Shown here: in pieces, positions 7,746 through 16,094 of the stretch
How the letters are laid out: every line of letters begins with the position of its first letter
How positions within the stretch are numbered: position 1 is the stretch's first letter
Assembly: GCA_039630575.1 (NCBI GenBank)
Contig: JBCNUW010000022.1
Span: 1 to 31,527 of the forward strand
Direction: 5' to 3'
Origin: Candidatus Hydrothermales bacterium
GTDB taxonomy: Bacteria; Hydrothermota; Hydrothermia; Hydrothermales; JAJRUZ01
DNA length: 31,527 nucleotides
The notes under the pieces: model-generated
Database searches by the model: none
Told to the model about the DNA's origin: nothing
What the model saw: only the letters and a program-made list of their open reading frames with translations
Program-made: the position numbers and the translations under genes

Positions 7746-7760
7746 CTAATAATAAAAAAA

Positions 7761-8762
7761 TCAACATATCCTAGGTAAAGGATCAGCATAAGGCATATCC
7801 AAAATTCTCGTAACTTTTAATGATGTTAAAAGCTTCAAACTTCCCCCACTTTTTGAAACTTCTCCTATTACCTTACTTTCTCTCCCAAACTCACATCCTC
7901 TTAAAACTTCTAAGGCTCTTTCAGCATCACTTGCCTTAACAAAAAAAATCATTTTACCCTCATTTGCCATAAGCAAAGGATCAATACCAAGAATCTCTGA
8001 TAAACCCCTCACCTCATCTGTTATAGGGAGATTATCCTCAAATAAAACAATGTCATAACCAGACTCCTTCGCAATTTCATTTAAAACACCCTGAACCCCT
8101 CCTCTTGTTGGATCCCTCATAAAATGAACTTCAATCTTATTCTCATAAAGAGCTTTCCACAATTCTAAAAGAGAAGCTGTGTCACTTTTTAAATTTCCCT
8201 CTACCTTAATATTTTCCCTTGCTACTAAAATAGAAAAACCATGTAACCCTATTGGACCATTTATTATTAACTTGTCATTCTCCTTTATTCTATGATAACC
8301 CAAATCTATATCCTCTGGAATAAAACCAATTCCTGAGGTATTGATAAAAATTCCGTCACCTTTTCCTCTTTCAACAACTTTTGTATCTCCTGTTACAACT
8401 TTTACATTTGCTCTCTCAGAAGCTTCCTTTACAGAATCCAAGATTTTTTCTAAATCTTCAAAGGAAAAACCCTCCTCAATTATAAGTGAAAGAGAGATAA
8501 ATTCTGGAAATGCCCCTACAGCAATAAGATCGTTTACAGTTCCATTTACCGCTAATTCACCAATATTTCCACCAGGAAAAAAAATTGGTGAAACAACATA
8601 AGAATCTGTTGTAAAAGCTATTCTTTTGTTTTTATTTTTTAATATAGCGGAGTCAAGGAGTTTGTTAAGCTCTTCATTTTTAAACCTTCCTTTAATTTCC
8701 TTTTCTATGAATTCTCTCATTAAAATTCCACCGGCTCCGTGTGCAAGTTCAACTTTCTTCAT
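7761..8762 (-). CDS. hypE: Hydrogenase maturation carbamoyl dehydratase HypE
   Basis: LAHGAGG, FTTDSYVV, GTVNDL, TGDTKVV, MRDPTRGG, ANEGK and C-terminal LPRIC. Confidence 0.97.
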   Translation of the reverse strand: MKKVELAHGAGGILMREFIEKEIKGRFKNEELNKLLDSAILKNKNKRIAFTTDSYVVSPIFFPGGNIGELAVNGTVNDLIAVGAFPEFISLSLIIEEGFSFEDLEKILDSVKEASERANVKVVTGDTKVVERGKGDGIFINTSGIGFIPEDIDLGYHRIKENDKLIINGPIGLHGFSILVARENIKVEGNLKSDTASLLELWKALYENKIEVHFMRDPTRGGVQGVLNEIAKESGYDIVLFEDNLPITDEVRGLSEILGIDPLLMANEGKMIFFVKASDAERALEVLRGCEFGRESKVIGEVSKSGGSLKLLTSLKVTRILDMPYADPLPRIC

Positions 8763-9844
8763 CTTTTAAATTTATAATAAGCTGCACAGGCACCCTCGGA
8801 TGATACCATAGGAGCTCCTAATGGATTCAAAGGGTTGCACTCCTTACCAAATAATGCACAATCAGAAGGTTTCTTTTTTCCTTGCAAAATCAAAGCTGCT
8901 ACACAACCTTCCTTTGTCTCTTCAATTTCGTCAAAATACTCTTTTAACAAAATGTTCGCATCCATCTCCGCAAACTCCTCTTTCAAGACCCATCCACTAT
9001 TTTTAATTACACCTATACCCCTCCATTTTAAATCACCAATCTTGAAAACCTTATTTATAACTTCCTTAGCCTTATGATTTCCCTCAGGTTTACATGATCT
9101 TTTATACTGTATCTTAACACCCTTTTCCTTTCTTTCAAGCATAGAAACTAAAAGAAGTATCCCTTGAGATAGATCAAAAGACTCAAAACCAGTAACCACA
9201 ATAGGAACATTGTACTTTTCAGAAATTGGCACATATTCTTCTATTCCCATAACAGTACATACATGACCAGGAGCTAAAAAACCTTGAACTTTATTAAAAG
9301 GATCATTAAGTATTGCTTCAATCGCAGGAGGAACCCTAAATTGAGCAATTAATGTAAAAAAATTCTTTAAATTTAATTCTCTTGCCCTTAATATTGTAGT
9401 AGCATTACAAGGAGTTGTAGTTTCAAAACCTATACCAAAAAATACTACTTTTTTATCAGGATTATTCTTTGCAAATTCAACAACCTCAAATGGTGAATAA
9501 ACCATTTTAACCTTAGCTCCGTCTGCCTTAGCCTTAAATAAAGATTCCTTTGAACCAGGAACTCTCAACATATCACCATAGGTAAAAAGAATTACATCTT
9601 TCATCTTTGAAAGACTAATTGCCCTATCAATCATTTCCTTAGGCGTTACACAAACTGGACATCCAGGACCATGAACAAGAGTTATATTTTCAGGCAAAAG
9701 CTCATCTATCCCCGCACTTAAAATAGAGTGAGTTTGAGAACCACAAACTTCCATTATTGTCCATTTACCCTTACATATCTTCCTTATACTCTCAATAATT
9801 AACTTTACTTTTGAACCCTCTCTAAATTCATAAAGATATTTCAT
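8759..9844 (-). CDS. hypD: Hydrogenase maturation protein HypD
   Basis: MEVCGSQTH, HGPGCPVCVT, GFETT, PGHVC, PMVSSEGACAAYY. Confidence 0.97.
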   Translation of the reverse strand: MKYLYEFREGSKVKLIIESIRKICKGKWTIMEVCGSQTHSILSAGIDELLPENITLVHGPGCPVCVTPKEMIDRAISLSKMKDVILFTYGDMLRVPGSKESLFKAKADGAKVKMVYSPFEVVEFAKNNPDKKVVFFGIGFETTTPCNATTILRARELNLKNFFTLIAQFRVPPAIEAILNDPFNKVQGFLAPGHVCTVMGIEEYVPISEKYNVPIVVTGFESFDLSQGILLLVSMLERKEKGVKIQYKRSCKPEGNHKAKEVINKVFKIGDLKWRGIGVIKNSGWVLKEEFAEMDANILLKEYFDEIEETKEGCVAALILQGKKKPSDCALFGKECNPLNPLGAPMVSSEGACAAYYKFKR

Positions 9845-10079
9845 TTTCTTCTAATTTTTCTAAATATTCCTTATAAGTTTTCAATGTCTCCTCAGCTTCT
9901 ATCTTGTCAAGTATCTGAATAGAAAAACCAACGTGAACAATCACATAATCACCCTCTTTAGCCTCTGGAGTTAAATCAAGACAAACCTCTCTTTTTATAC
10001 CACCAAACTCTACTTTAGCAAACTTTACTCCATCTTTCTCATAAATATCTATAATTTTCCCTGGAATACCAAGACACAT
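9828..10079 (-). CDS. hypC: Hydrogenase maturation chaperone HypC
   Basis: N-terminal MCLGIPG and GDYVIVHVGF. Confidence 0.97.
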   Translation of the reverse strand: MCLGIPGKIIDIYEKDGVKFAKVEFGGIKREVCLDLTPEAKEGDYVIVHVGFSIQILDKIEAEETLKTYKEYLEKLEENEISL

Positions 10080-10090
10080 CTAAATTTTCT

Positions 10091-10417
10091 TTATTTACCT
10101 TTTCCCTTCTTTACCTTATACTTCTTTTTGTAATAAGAATGCTTTTTCCAAGGCTTATCATCGAAAGTTTCTATAATTACATATTCTGTAACTTCAATTC
10201 CCTTTGGTTTAGTTTTAATCTCTACCCATTCTCCCTCTTTATTTATTATATAAATCTCCCTTTTTACATCATAATAAATTTCAAGAGATGGATAATACCA
10301 GAATAAATACTTTGCCCTATAGCCATGAGCCTCTGCATGGGGAGGTGGACCTCTTCGATCCTCAACTACAGCAACGCATCCAATAATAAAAGTTAAAAAA
10401 ATTAAAGATTTTTTCAA
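10091..10417 (-). CDS. Small putative lipoprotein of unknown function
   Basis: MKKSLIFLTFIIGC signal with lipobox-like IIG/C; GPPPHAEAHGYRAKY motif; Lys-rich tail; TTG start overlaps the htpX stop. Confidence 0.7.
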   Translation of the reverse strand: MKKSLIFLTFIIGCVAVVEDRRGPPPHAEAHGYRAKYLFWYYPSLEIYYDVKREIYIINKEGEWVEIKTKPKGIEVTEYVIIETFDDKPWKKHSYYKKKYKVKKGKGK

Positions 10418-11397
10418 GCCATCCCCCTTTCAATCTGTGAGAGATACTTTATCCTCTTTAGCATATTCGGATGAGTTGACAAAAGTTCAAAAAGTTTGTC
10501 AGTAAAAGAAAGTTTTACTTTTTTATTCCTCAAAGCTAAAAGTTCATCTTCTTCAATTTTCCCACTTAAGTTAATATCTATCTCTCTTAACTCCCTAATT
10601 TCCTTTAAAGCCTTTGAGGGGTCATTCAAGAAAAAGGCCTTTATTCCCTCATACTGTCTTAACTCCTCCCTATCCACCTTAGCACTTCCATAAGCAAGCT
10701 TGTAAAGGGCTGAAGCTAAATGGATAGGTCTTGAACCCAAACTCACTGACCCTGTATCAGCAAAGTATTCTCTTATTCTTGAAGCATACAAAACAAGTAA
10801 GTTGGTTATAAAATAAAGGATAAAAGAAAGAAAACCAACCAAAACTAATGGCAAATTACCACTACTTCTTTCATCTCTTCTTTCAAACATTCCCATAAAA
10901 ATAAGATTCCTCGCTATAAGATAAAGCACAAGTGGTAAAACTGAAAGTAAGGTAATAAACATTACATCTCTGTTTTTAAGATGTGATATCTCATGACCTA
11001 AAACTGCTTTAAGTTCGTCCCTGTTTAAAAGCCTTAATATTCCCCTTGTTACACATACTCTTCCATCACCTAAAGATCTTCCAAAAGCAAAAGCATTAGG
11101 TATATTAATTTCCGCTATTCCTATCTTAGGTTTAGGAATACCTGCTTTACTTGAAAGTTCCTCTACAACTTCATGCAACCAAGGTTCCTGACTCTTATCA
11201 ACATACCTGACATTCATCATGAGCTCAACAATATTTGGTCCTATCATATACTGGATGAAGAGAAAAACTAAAGCCAGTAGGAGATAAAAGTAAAAACTTT
11301 TTATCCCTATAGCATATCCTATAACAGAAACAACAGCATAAATCAAACCAAAAAATATTATTAAAAGTAAATACAATTTAAACCTTAAACCAAACAT
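10414..11397 (-). CDS. htpX: Membrane zinc metalloprotease HtpX (M48)
   Basis: PNAFAFG, AVLGHEISHLKNRD, SRIREYFAD, STHP; AGGAGG RBS. Confidence 0.92.
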   Translation of the reverse strand: MFGLRFKLYLLLIIFFGLIYAVVSVIGYAIGIKSFYFYLLLALVFLFIQYMIGPNIVELMMNVRYVDKSQEPWLHEVVEELSSKAGIPKPKIGIAEINIPNAFAFGRSLGDGRVCVTRGILRLLNRDELKAVLGHEISHLKNRDVMFITLLSVLPLVLYLIARNLIFMGMFERRDERSSGNLPLVLVGFLSFILYFITNLLVLYASRIREYFADTGSVSLGSRPIHLASALYKLAYGSAKVDREELRQYEGIKAFFLNDPSKALKEIRELREIDINLSGKIEEDELLALRNKKVKLSFTDKLFELLSTHPNMLKRIKYLSQIERGMA

Positions 11398-11467
11398 AGA
11401 ACCTCCTTTTTTAGTAAATATAATACATCTGATTCAAATTAAATTTCAATATCCCTTATTATATATT

Positions 11468-11830
11468 ATGATTCAAACTATAGTTTTTCTTCTTATAGGA
11501 ACTATCGCCGGTATACTTTCCGGACTTTTTGGAATTGGGGGTGGACTTATAATAATCCCCTCTCTTGTTTTGATTTTCAAGATGAACCAACATCTTGCCC
11601 AGGGCATATCCTTAGGTTCTCTTTTACTACCTGTAGGAATTCTTGGATTTCTGGAATACATGCGAAATAACAATGTTAACTTAAAGGCATCTTTTATTAT
11701 AGCCATAGGACTCTTTGTAGGAACCTATTTTGGTGCTTATTTAGCAAATTTAATTCCAACAAGAGAACTCTCAAAACTTTTTGCTATTTTCCTTATGTTT
11801 GTTGCAATTAGACTCTTTTTTCTTAAATAA
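11468..11830 (+). CDS. Half-size TauE/SafE (TSUP) family membrane transporter
   Basis: AGILSGLFGIGGGLIIIP, QHLAQGISL, GTYFGAYLA; about 4 TM helices in 120 aa. Confidence 0.85.
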   Translation: MIQTIVFLLIGTIAGILSGLFGIGGGLIIIPSLVLIFKMNQHLAQGISLGSLLLPVGILGFLEYMRNNNVNLKASFIIAIGLFVGTYFGAYLANLIPTRELSKLFAIFLMFVAIRLFFLK

Positions 11831-11837
11831 TTAAACT

Positions 11838-12032
11838 ATGAAAGTAAAAATTGGAAATGATATTAAAATAATTGAGGGAGAAAACTACAAAGTATACGAG
11901 ATTTTCAAGATACTTAACTTTAATCCAGAAGAATACATCGTAATTAGAAATAACGAAGTTTTAACAGAAGACGAAATTATAAAAGGTGATGATGAAATAG
12001 AACTTATCAGAGTCATTTCAGGCGGAATTTGA
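11838..12032 (+). CDS. ThiS/MoaD-family ubiquitin-like sulfur carrier
   Basis: 64 aa beta-grasp-like pattern VIRNNEVL...IKGDDEIELIRVISGG followed by one extra Ile. Confidence 0.85.
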   Translation: MKVKIGNDIKIIEGENYKVYEIFKILNFNPEEYIVIRNNEVLTEDEIIKGDDEIELIRVISGGI

Positions 12033-14581
12033 TAGGCATTTTCTTATTTTCTATTAATCTAATAGTTCCGTTAGGAGAAGAATATAACCTTTCATTTAGT
12101 GAGCTTAAAAAAAAGATAGAAATCAAAAAAGAACAACTTATCCAAAAAATTCATTCTTTAAACGGTGATTTAAGAGATAAAATTAAAATTAAAAAAGAGT
12201 TCATCCTATCACAAAAGATCCTTATTGAAATACCTGATTATCTCTTAGGAGAATTTCAAAAACTTTCAATACCTTACTCATATGATCATCTAATTCCTTT
12301 GCCAAAACTCTTTCATTCAAATCACGTTAAAAATTTTTGGCATAAAAATTTAATAGGAACTGACACATTACATAAACTAAACATAAAAGGTAAAGGAAAT
12401 ATTATTGTAATAATTGATACCGGAGTTGATACATCTCATCCTGAATTGAAAGGAAAAGTAATTAGCTTTATGGACTTTGTAAATTATTTACCACCTTCGG
12501 ATCCTATTGGACATGGTACGTTTGTTGCCTCCCTTGCCGTTGGAGACTCAGCAGGAATTGCACCTGAGACAAAAATTATTGTTTTAAAGGTTTTTTCCGA
12601 ATACGGAGGTTTCATTTCAGACATCCATGAAGCCTTTGACTATGTAGCACAGCTTATAGAAAATGGAATTTCTATAAGGATTTTAAACGGCTCATTTGGA
12701 ACTCATCCATACTTTGATGAATTTTTCCCTGCTCTGTTCTATTTAAAGAAAAAAGGGGTCTTTCTATGTTTTGCAGCAGGTAATGAAGGACCCTCTTCAG
12801 GAACAACTTCGTCACCTTCAAATTATCCCTTTATATTTTCAGTAGGAGCCTGCGACTCAAACTTAAATGTTACAAACTTTTCTTCTAGAGGACCATCCCC
12901 CTTTATTTTACCATGGAGCGACAGTTCATACTGGTTTTTTAAAGATTGGAACTTTTTATCACCTTTTTTAATTGCACCTGGGAAAAATATAAAAGGAGCC
13001 TTTTTGAATAAAAGCTTTATAACTGCAGATGGGACAAGTGCTTCCTCACCAATTCTTGCGGGTGCTATCTCTTTATTACTTGAATATAATCCTTTTTTAA
13101 CCCCTGAATCTCTTGCAAAAATATTTAAAGAAAAACTTGAAAGAAAACACGATAGAATTTACCCAAACTATGAAGAGGGTTACGGATATTTGAACCTAAG
13201 AGAGTTGATTAAAGTGATAAAAAGATACGACACTTTAATTTACTCAATTGAAGATTTTTATATAAATACAAAAACAAACCCATTTTTCCCTTATGACACT
13301 TTAGAAATAGGTGTATCTTTAATTTCAAACAAAATACTAAATGATAGTGTAAGAATAAAAATTTTAAATAATCAAAACATTTTTTTCTTTGACACTCTTT
13401 TTAAATTTACTGAAGTAAAAAGAAGTATTAAATTCTTTACTAAAGGTATTCTTTTAAATTATCCTGAAGACACTCTAAAAATCTTCTTTTCGCTTAATTC
13501 GACCAACTTTTCAAAAATATTTAAATTAAAAAAAATTTTTTTTGATACTTTAATAACTTTCAAAAATCGTGATTATACCTTCTCAACTTCAGCAACTGGA
13601 TCAATTGGATTTATAGGTTCAGACCAAAAAAGGGGAACTGGATTTGTTTTTAAAAATTATGGAAACCTTTTATATTATGGTAGTATTACTTTTGGTAACT
13701 ATTATAATTACATTGTTGACAGATTTTACGAAAAATTTAATATTGATGATAGAGATACAAAACCTTTAAAAGAAGGTCCATTTTATTTTAATAAAGAAGG
13801 AGATTATATTAGTTTTAAGATAAAAGATGATTATACACAGCATCCAAAGGGAAACATATTAAAGGTGAAAATTAAAGATTTAAATGATGGTTTTCTAATA
13901 AATTTAAAAACAGAAAATTTTTTAAGAGAGGAAACTTATCTTGCATCTTTCTTTGACCCTGATGTTAAATCTCCTTTAGTTAACTATGCTGACTACGATA
14001 GTGCCTCAAGAATTTTGTTTACCTCAACCTCAGGTGGACCTGTTTTTGCCTTATTAGATATTGATGATCATTCCTTATGTGGAACAATAAAAAATGAAGA
14101 GTTTGTTTATCCTTATGGTGGACTACCTGATTCTCTCCAATTTTCTTTTATGAAAGGAGAAACAGAGAGATTTTGGAAAGATATAGGTGATTACTCAATT
14201 TACATTTCAAAAAAAATAATTCCACCTGATTCTCTTATATATGTTATTCTTGCTGGAGAAAATTTTGATTCACTTCTATCAAAAAGAGAAAGAATTTTAA
14301 ATAAATTAAACTTAAATCAAAAAAACAACTTTAGAGGAATATCAAGGATTTATCCAAATCCCTTCATTGATCCTTACCAAAAAACTTTAAGAATTATAAG
14401 TTATGGAAAGGGGAAGTTAATTTTTTACGATATTTTAGGTAGAAAAACAGCATCAATTGAAAATTTAAATGAAGGAATAAACATCATAAAACTTAATAAC
14501 TTCAAAAAATCTGGTGTTTATTTTCTCAAATTTAAAGAAAAGGGGAGAGTTTTTAAGCTTGTTTACCTTAATTTAAAATGA
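12029..14581 (+). CDS. S8 subtilisin-family serine protease with T9SS-like C-terminal sorting domain
   Basis: Catalytic motifs IIDTGVD, GHGTFVA, AAGNEG, DGTSASSP; C-terminal IYPNPF...YDILGRK...SGVYFLK; TTG start overlaps the upstream stop. Confidence 0.9.
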   Translation: MIGIFLFSINLIVPLGEEYNLSFSELKKKIEIKKEQLIQKIHSLNGDLRDKIKIKKEFILSQKILIEIPDYLLGEFQKLSIPYSYDHLIPLPKLFHSNHVKNFWHKNLIGTDTLHKLNIKGKGNIIVIIDTGVDTSHPELKGKVISFMDFVNYLPPSDPIGHGTFVASLAVGDSAGIAPETKIIVLKVFSEYGGFISDIHEAFDYVAQLIENGISIRILNGSFGTHPYFDEFFPALFYLKKKGVFLCFAAGNEGPSSGTTSSPSNYPFIFSVGACDSNLNVTNFSSRGPSPFILPWSDSSYWFFKDWNFLSPFLIAPGKNIKGAFLNKSFITADGTSASSPILAGAISLLLEYNPFLTPESLAKIFKEKLERKHDRIYPNYEEGYGYLNLRELIKVIKRYDTLIYSIEDFYINTKTNPFFPYDTLEIGVSLISNKILNDSVRIKILNNQNIFFFDTLFKFTEVKRSIKFFTKGILLNYPEDTLKIFFSLNSTNFSKIFKLKKIFFDTLITFKNRDYTFSTSATGSIGFIGSDQKRGTGFVFKNYGNLLYYGSITFGNYYNYIVDRFYEKFNIDDRDTKPLKEGPFYFNKEGDYISFKIKDDYTQHPKGNILKVKIKDLNDGFLINLKTENFLREETYLASFFDPDVKSPLVNYADYDSASRILFTSTSGGPVFALLDIDDHSLCGTIKNEEFVYPYGGLPDSLQFSFMKGETERFWKDIGDYSIYISKKIIPPDSLIYVILAGENFDSLLSKRERILNKLNLNQKNNFRGISRIYPNPFIDPYQKTLRIISYGKGKLIFYDILGRKTASIENLNEGINIIKLNNFKKSGVYFLKFKEKGRVFKLVYLNLK

Positions 14582-15246
14582 CAAAAATTATAAAAACTAC
14601 ATATTATTATGGACCTCTCGAAATACTTTTAAAATGGCTTTTATCAAAAGAAATAGATCCCTTTAAAATAGAAATATCTATTTTATTAGATGAATTTATA
14701 GAATATTATTTAAAGAAAGAAGAATTAACCTTTAGAGAAAAAAATGAATTTTTATTTGTTTTAAGTTTTTTCATTTTACATAAAACCAATCTCCTCTTTG
14801 ATAGGCATAAAGACTATGAAAATTTTAATAAAGAAAATTTAAGGGTAGAAACTGTGTCTTTTATTGAGATTATTGAGTTTTTAAGCAAAAAGTTTGAAAC
14901 CATGTCAAAGATGTTTACAAGAGAAGAGAGTGATTATATTATATCAGAAGAAGAAAAATTGGATCCATCTATACTTTTTTCAATCTTTGAAAAGCTTATT
15001 CAAAAGATTCCTGAGATAAAGGAGAAATTACCGGAGATCCCTAAAATAGAGGAAAAAATAGAACTTATAATAACTAGCTTAGATAAAAAAAATTTTATTT
15101 TACTAAGTGAACTTATATTAGGAGCCAAAACAAAAATTGAAGCAATTGTAACCTTTCTTGCTCTACTTGAACTTATTAGGCTTGAAAAGATAATCTGTAT
15201 ACAAGAAAAGTTATTTGAGGATATAAAAATATATAAGAGGGTATGA
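14578..15246 (+). CDS. scpA: Segregation and condensation protein A (kleisin)
   Basis: N-terminal YYGPLEILL...EIDPFKIEIS and C-terminal IVTFLALLELIR...QEKLFEDI. Confidence 0.8.
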   Translation: MTKIIKTTYYYGPLEILLKWLLSKEIDPFKIEISILLDEFIEYYLKKEELTFREKNEFLFVLSFFILHKTNLLFDRHKDYENFNKENLRVETVSFIEIIEFLSKKFETMSKMFTREESDYIISEEEKLDPSILFSIFEKLIQKIPEIKEKLPEIPKIEEKIELIITSLDKKNFILLSELILGAKTKIEAIVTFLALLELIRLEKIICIQEKLFEDIKIYKRV

Positions 15247-16094
15247 ATTTTAATTTAAGAGAAAAAATTTTATTTTATATTTCATACATATTCTACAAGC
15301 TAATGATAATAGTTGAAGTTAAAAAACCTAAGATTAAAATGTTTATTTATGAATTAGTTTATTCTTTTTATAAAATTATTGATTACAAAAAAAATTTTCC
15401 TTACTTTTTTAATGATGAGTTAATAATATCAAAATTTGGAAAATTCAAGATAAGAAAGAGAACACCAGATGCAGCTTCTGTTTCACCTGCCTATGAAAGG
15501 AGAGATATCAATTTTTTAATCAAAAAAATTAAAGAAAACTTAAAGAAAAATAAGAAAATTTTATTTATAGATATAGGAGCAGATATTGGCTATTATTCTA
15601 TTTTAATAGGTAATAAGTTTAAAGGGAAAATAAAAATATTTTCCTTTGAACCGGTTCCTTATAATTTTGAATTGTTAGAACAAAACATTAAAATAAATAA
15701 CCTGACAGAAATAATTAAACCCTTTAATTTTGCCTTATCAGATTCAGAAGAAAACTTAACAATAAACTATAGTCAAACTTCTCCAGGTGAAAGCTCAATA
15801 GTTAATATTCCTCATGGCTCAAAAAAAATAACAATAAAAACTAAAAGACTCGATGAAGTTATTAAAAATGATATAAAAAATTTTGATGTTATCTTCATCA
15901 AAATTGATGTGGAGGGTTTTGAAGAAAGAGTTTTAAAAGGTGCGGAGAAGATTTTAAAAATAAATTCCAAAGAGATTATACTTCTGGTTGAAGATTTTAT
16001 TAATCCATCAATAAAGGAATTTTTAAAAAAAAGTGGTTTTAAATTTCTATGTAAGTTAACAAGTTATAACAGTTTCTGGATTTACAAGTTGTGA
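15243..16094 (+). CDS. FkbM-family SAM-dependent methyltransferase
   Basis: FIDIGADIGYYS, FSFEP, NFALSD, IKIDVEGFE. Confidence 0.9.
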   Translation: MNFNLREKILFYISYIFYKLMIIVEVKKPKIKMFIYELVYSFYKIIDYKKNFPYFFNDELIISKFGKFKIRKRTPDAASVSPAYERRDINFLIKKIKENLKKNKKILFIDIGADIGYYSILIGNKFKGKIKIFSFEPVPYNFELLEQNIKINNLTEIIKPFNFALSDSEENLTINYSQTSPGESSIVNIPHGSKKITIKTKRLDEVIKNDIKNFDVIFIKIDVEGFEERVLKGAEKILKINSKEIILLVEDFINPSIKEFLKKSGFKFLCKLTSYNSFWIYKL

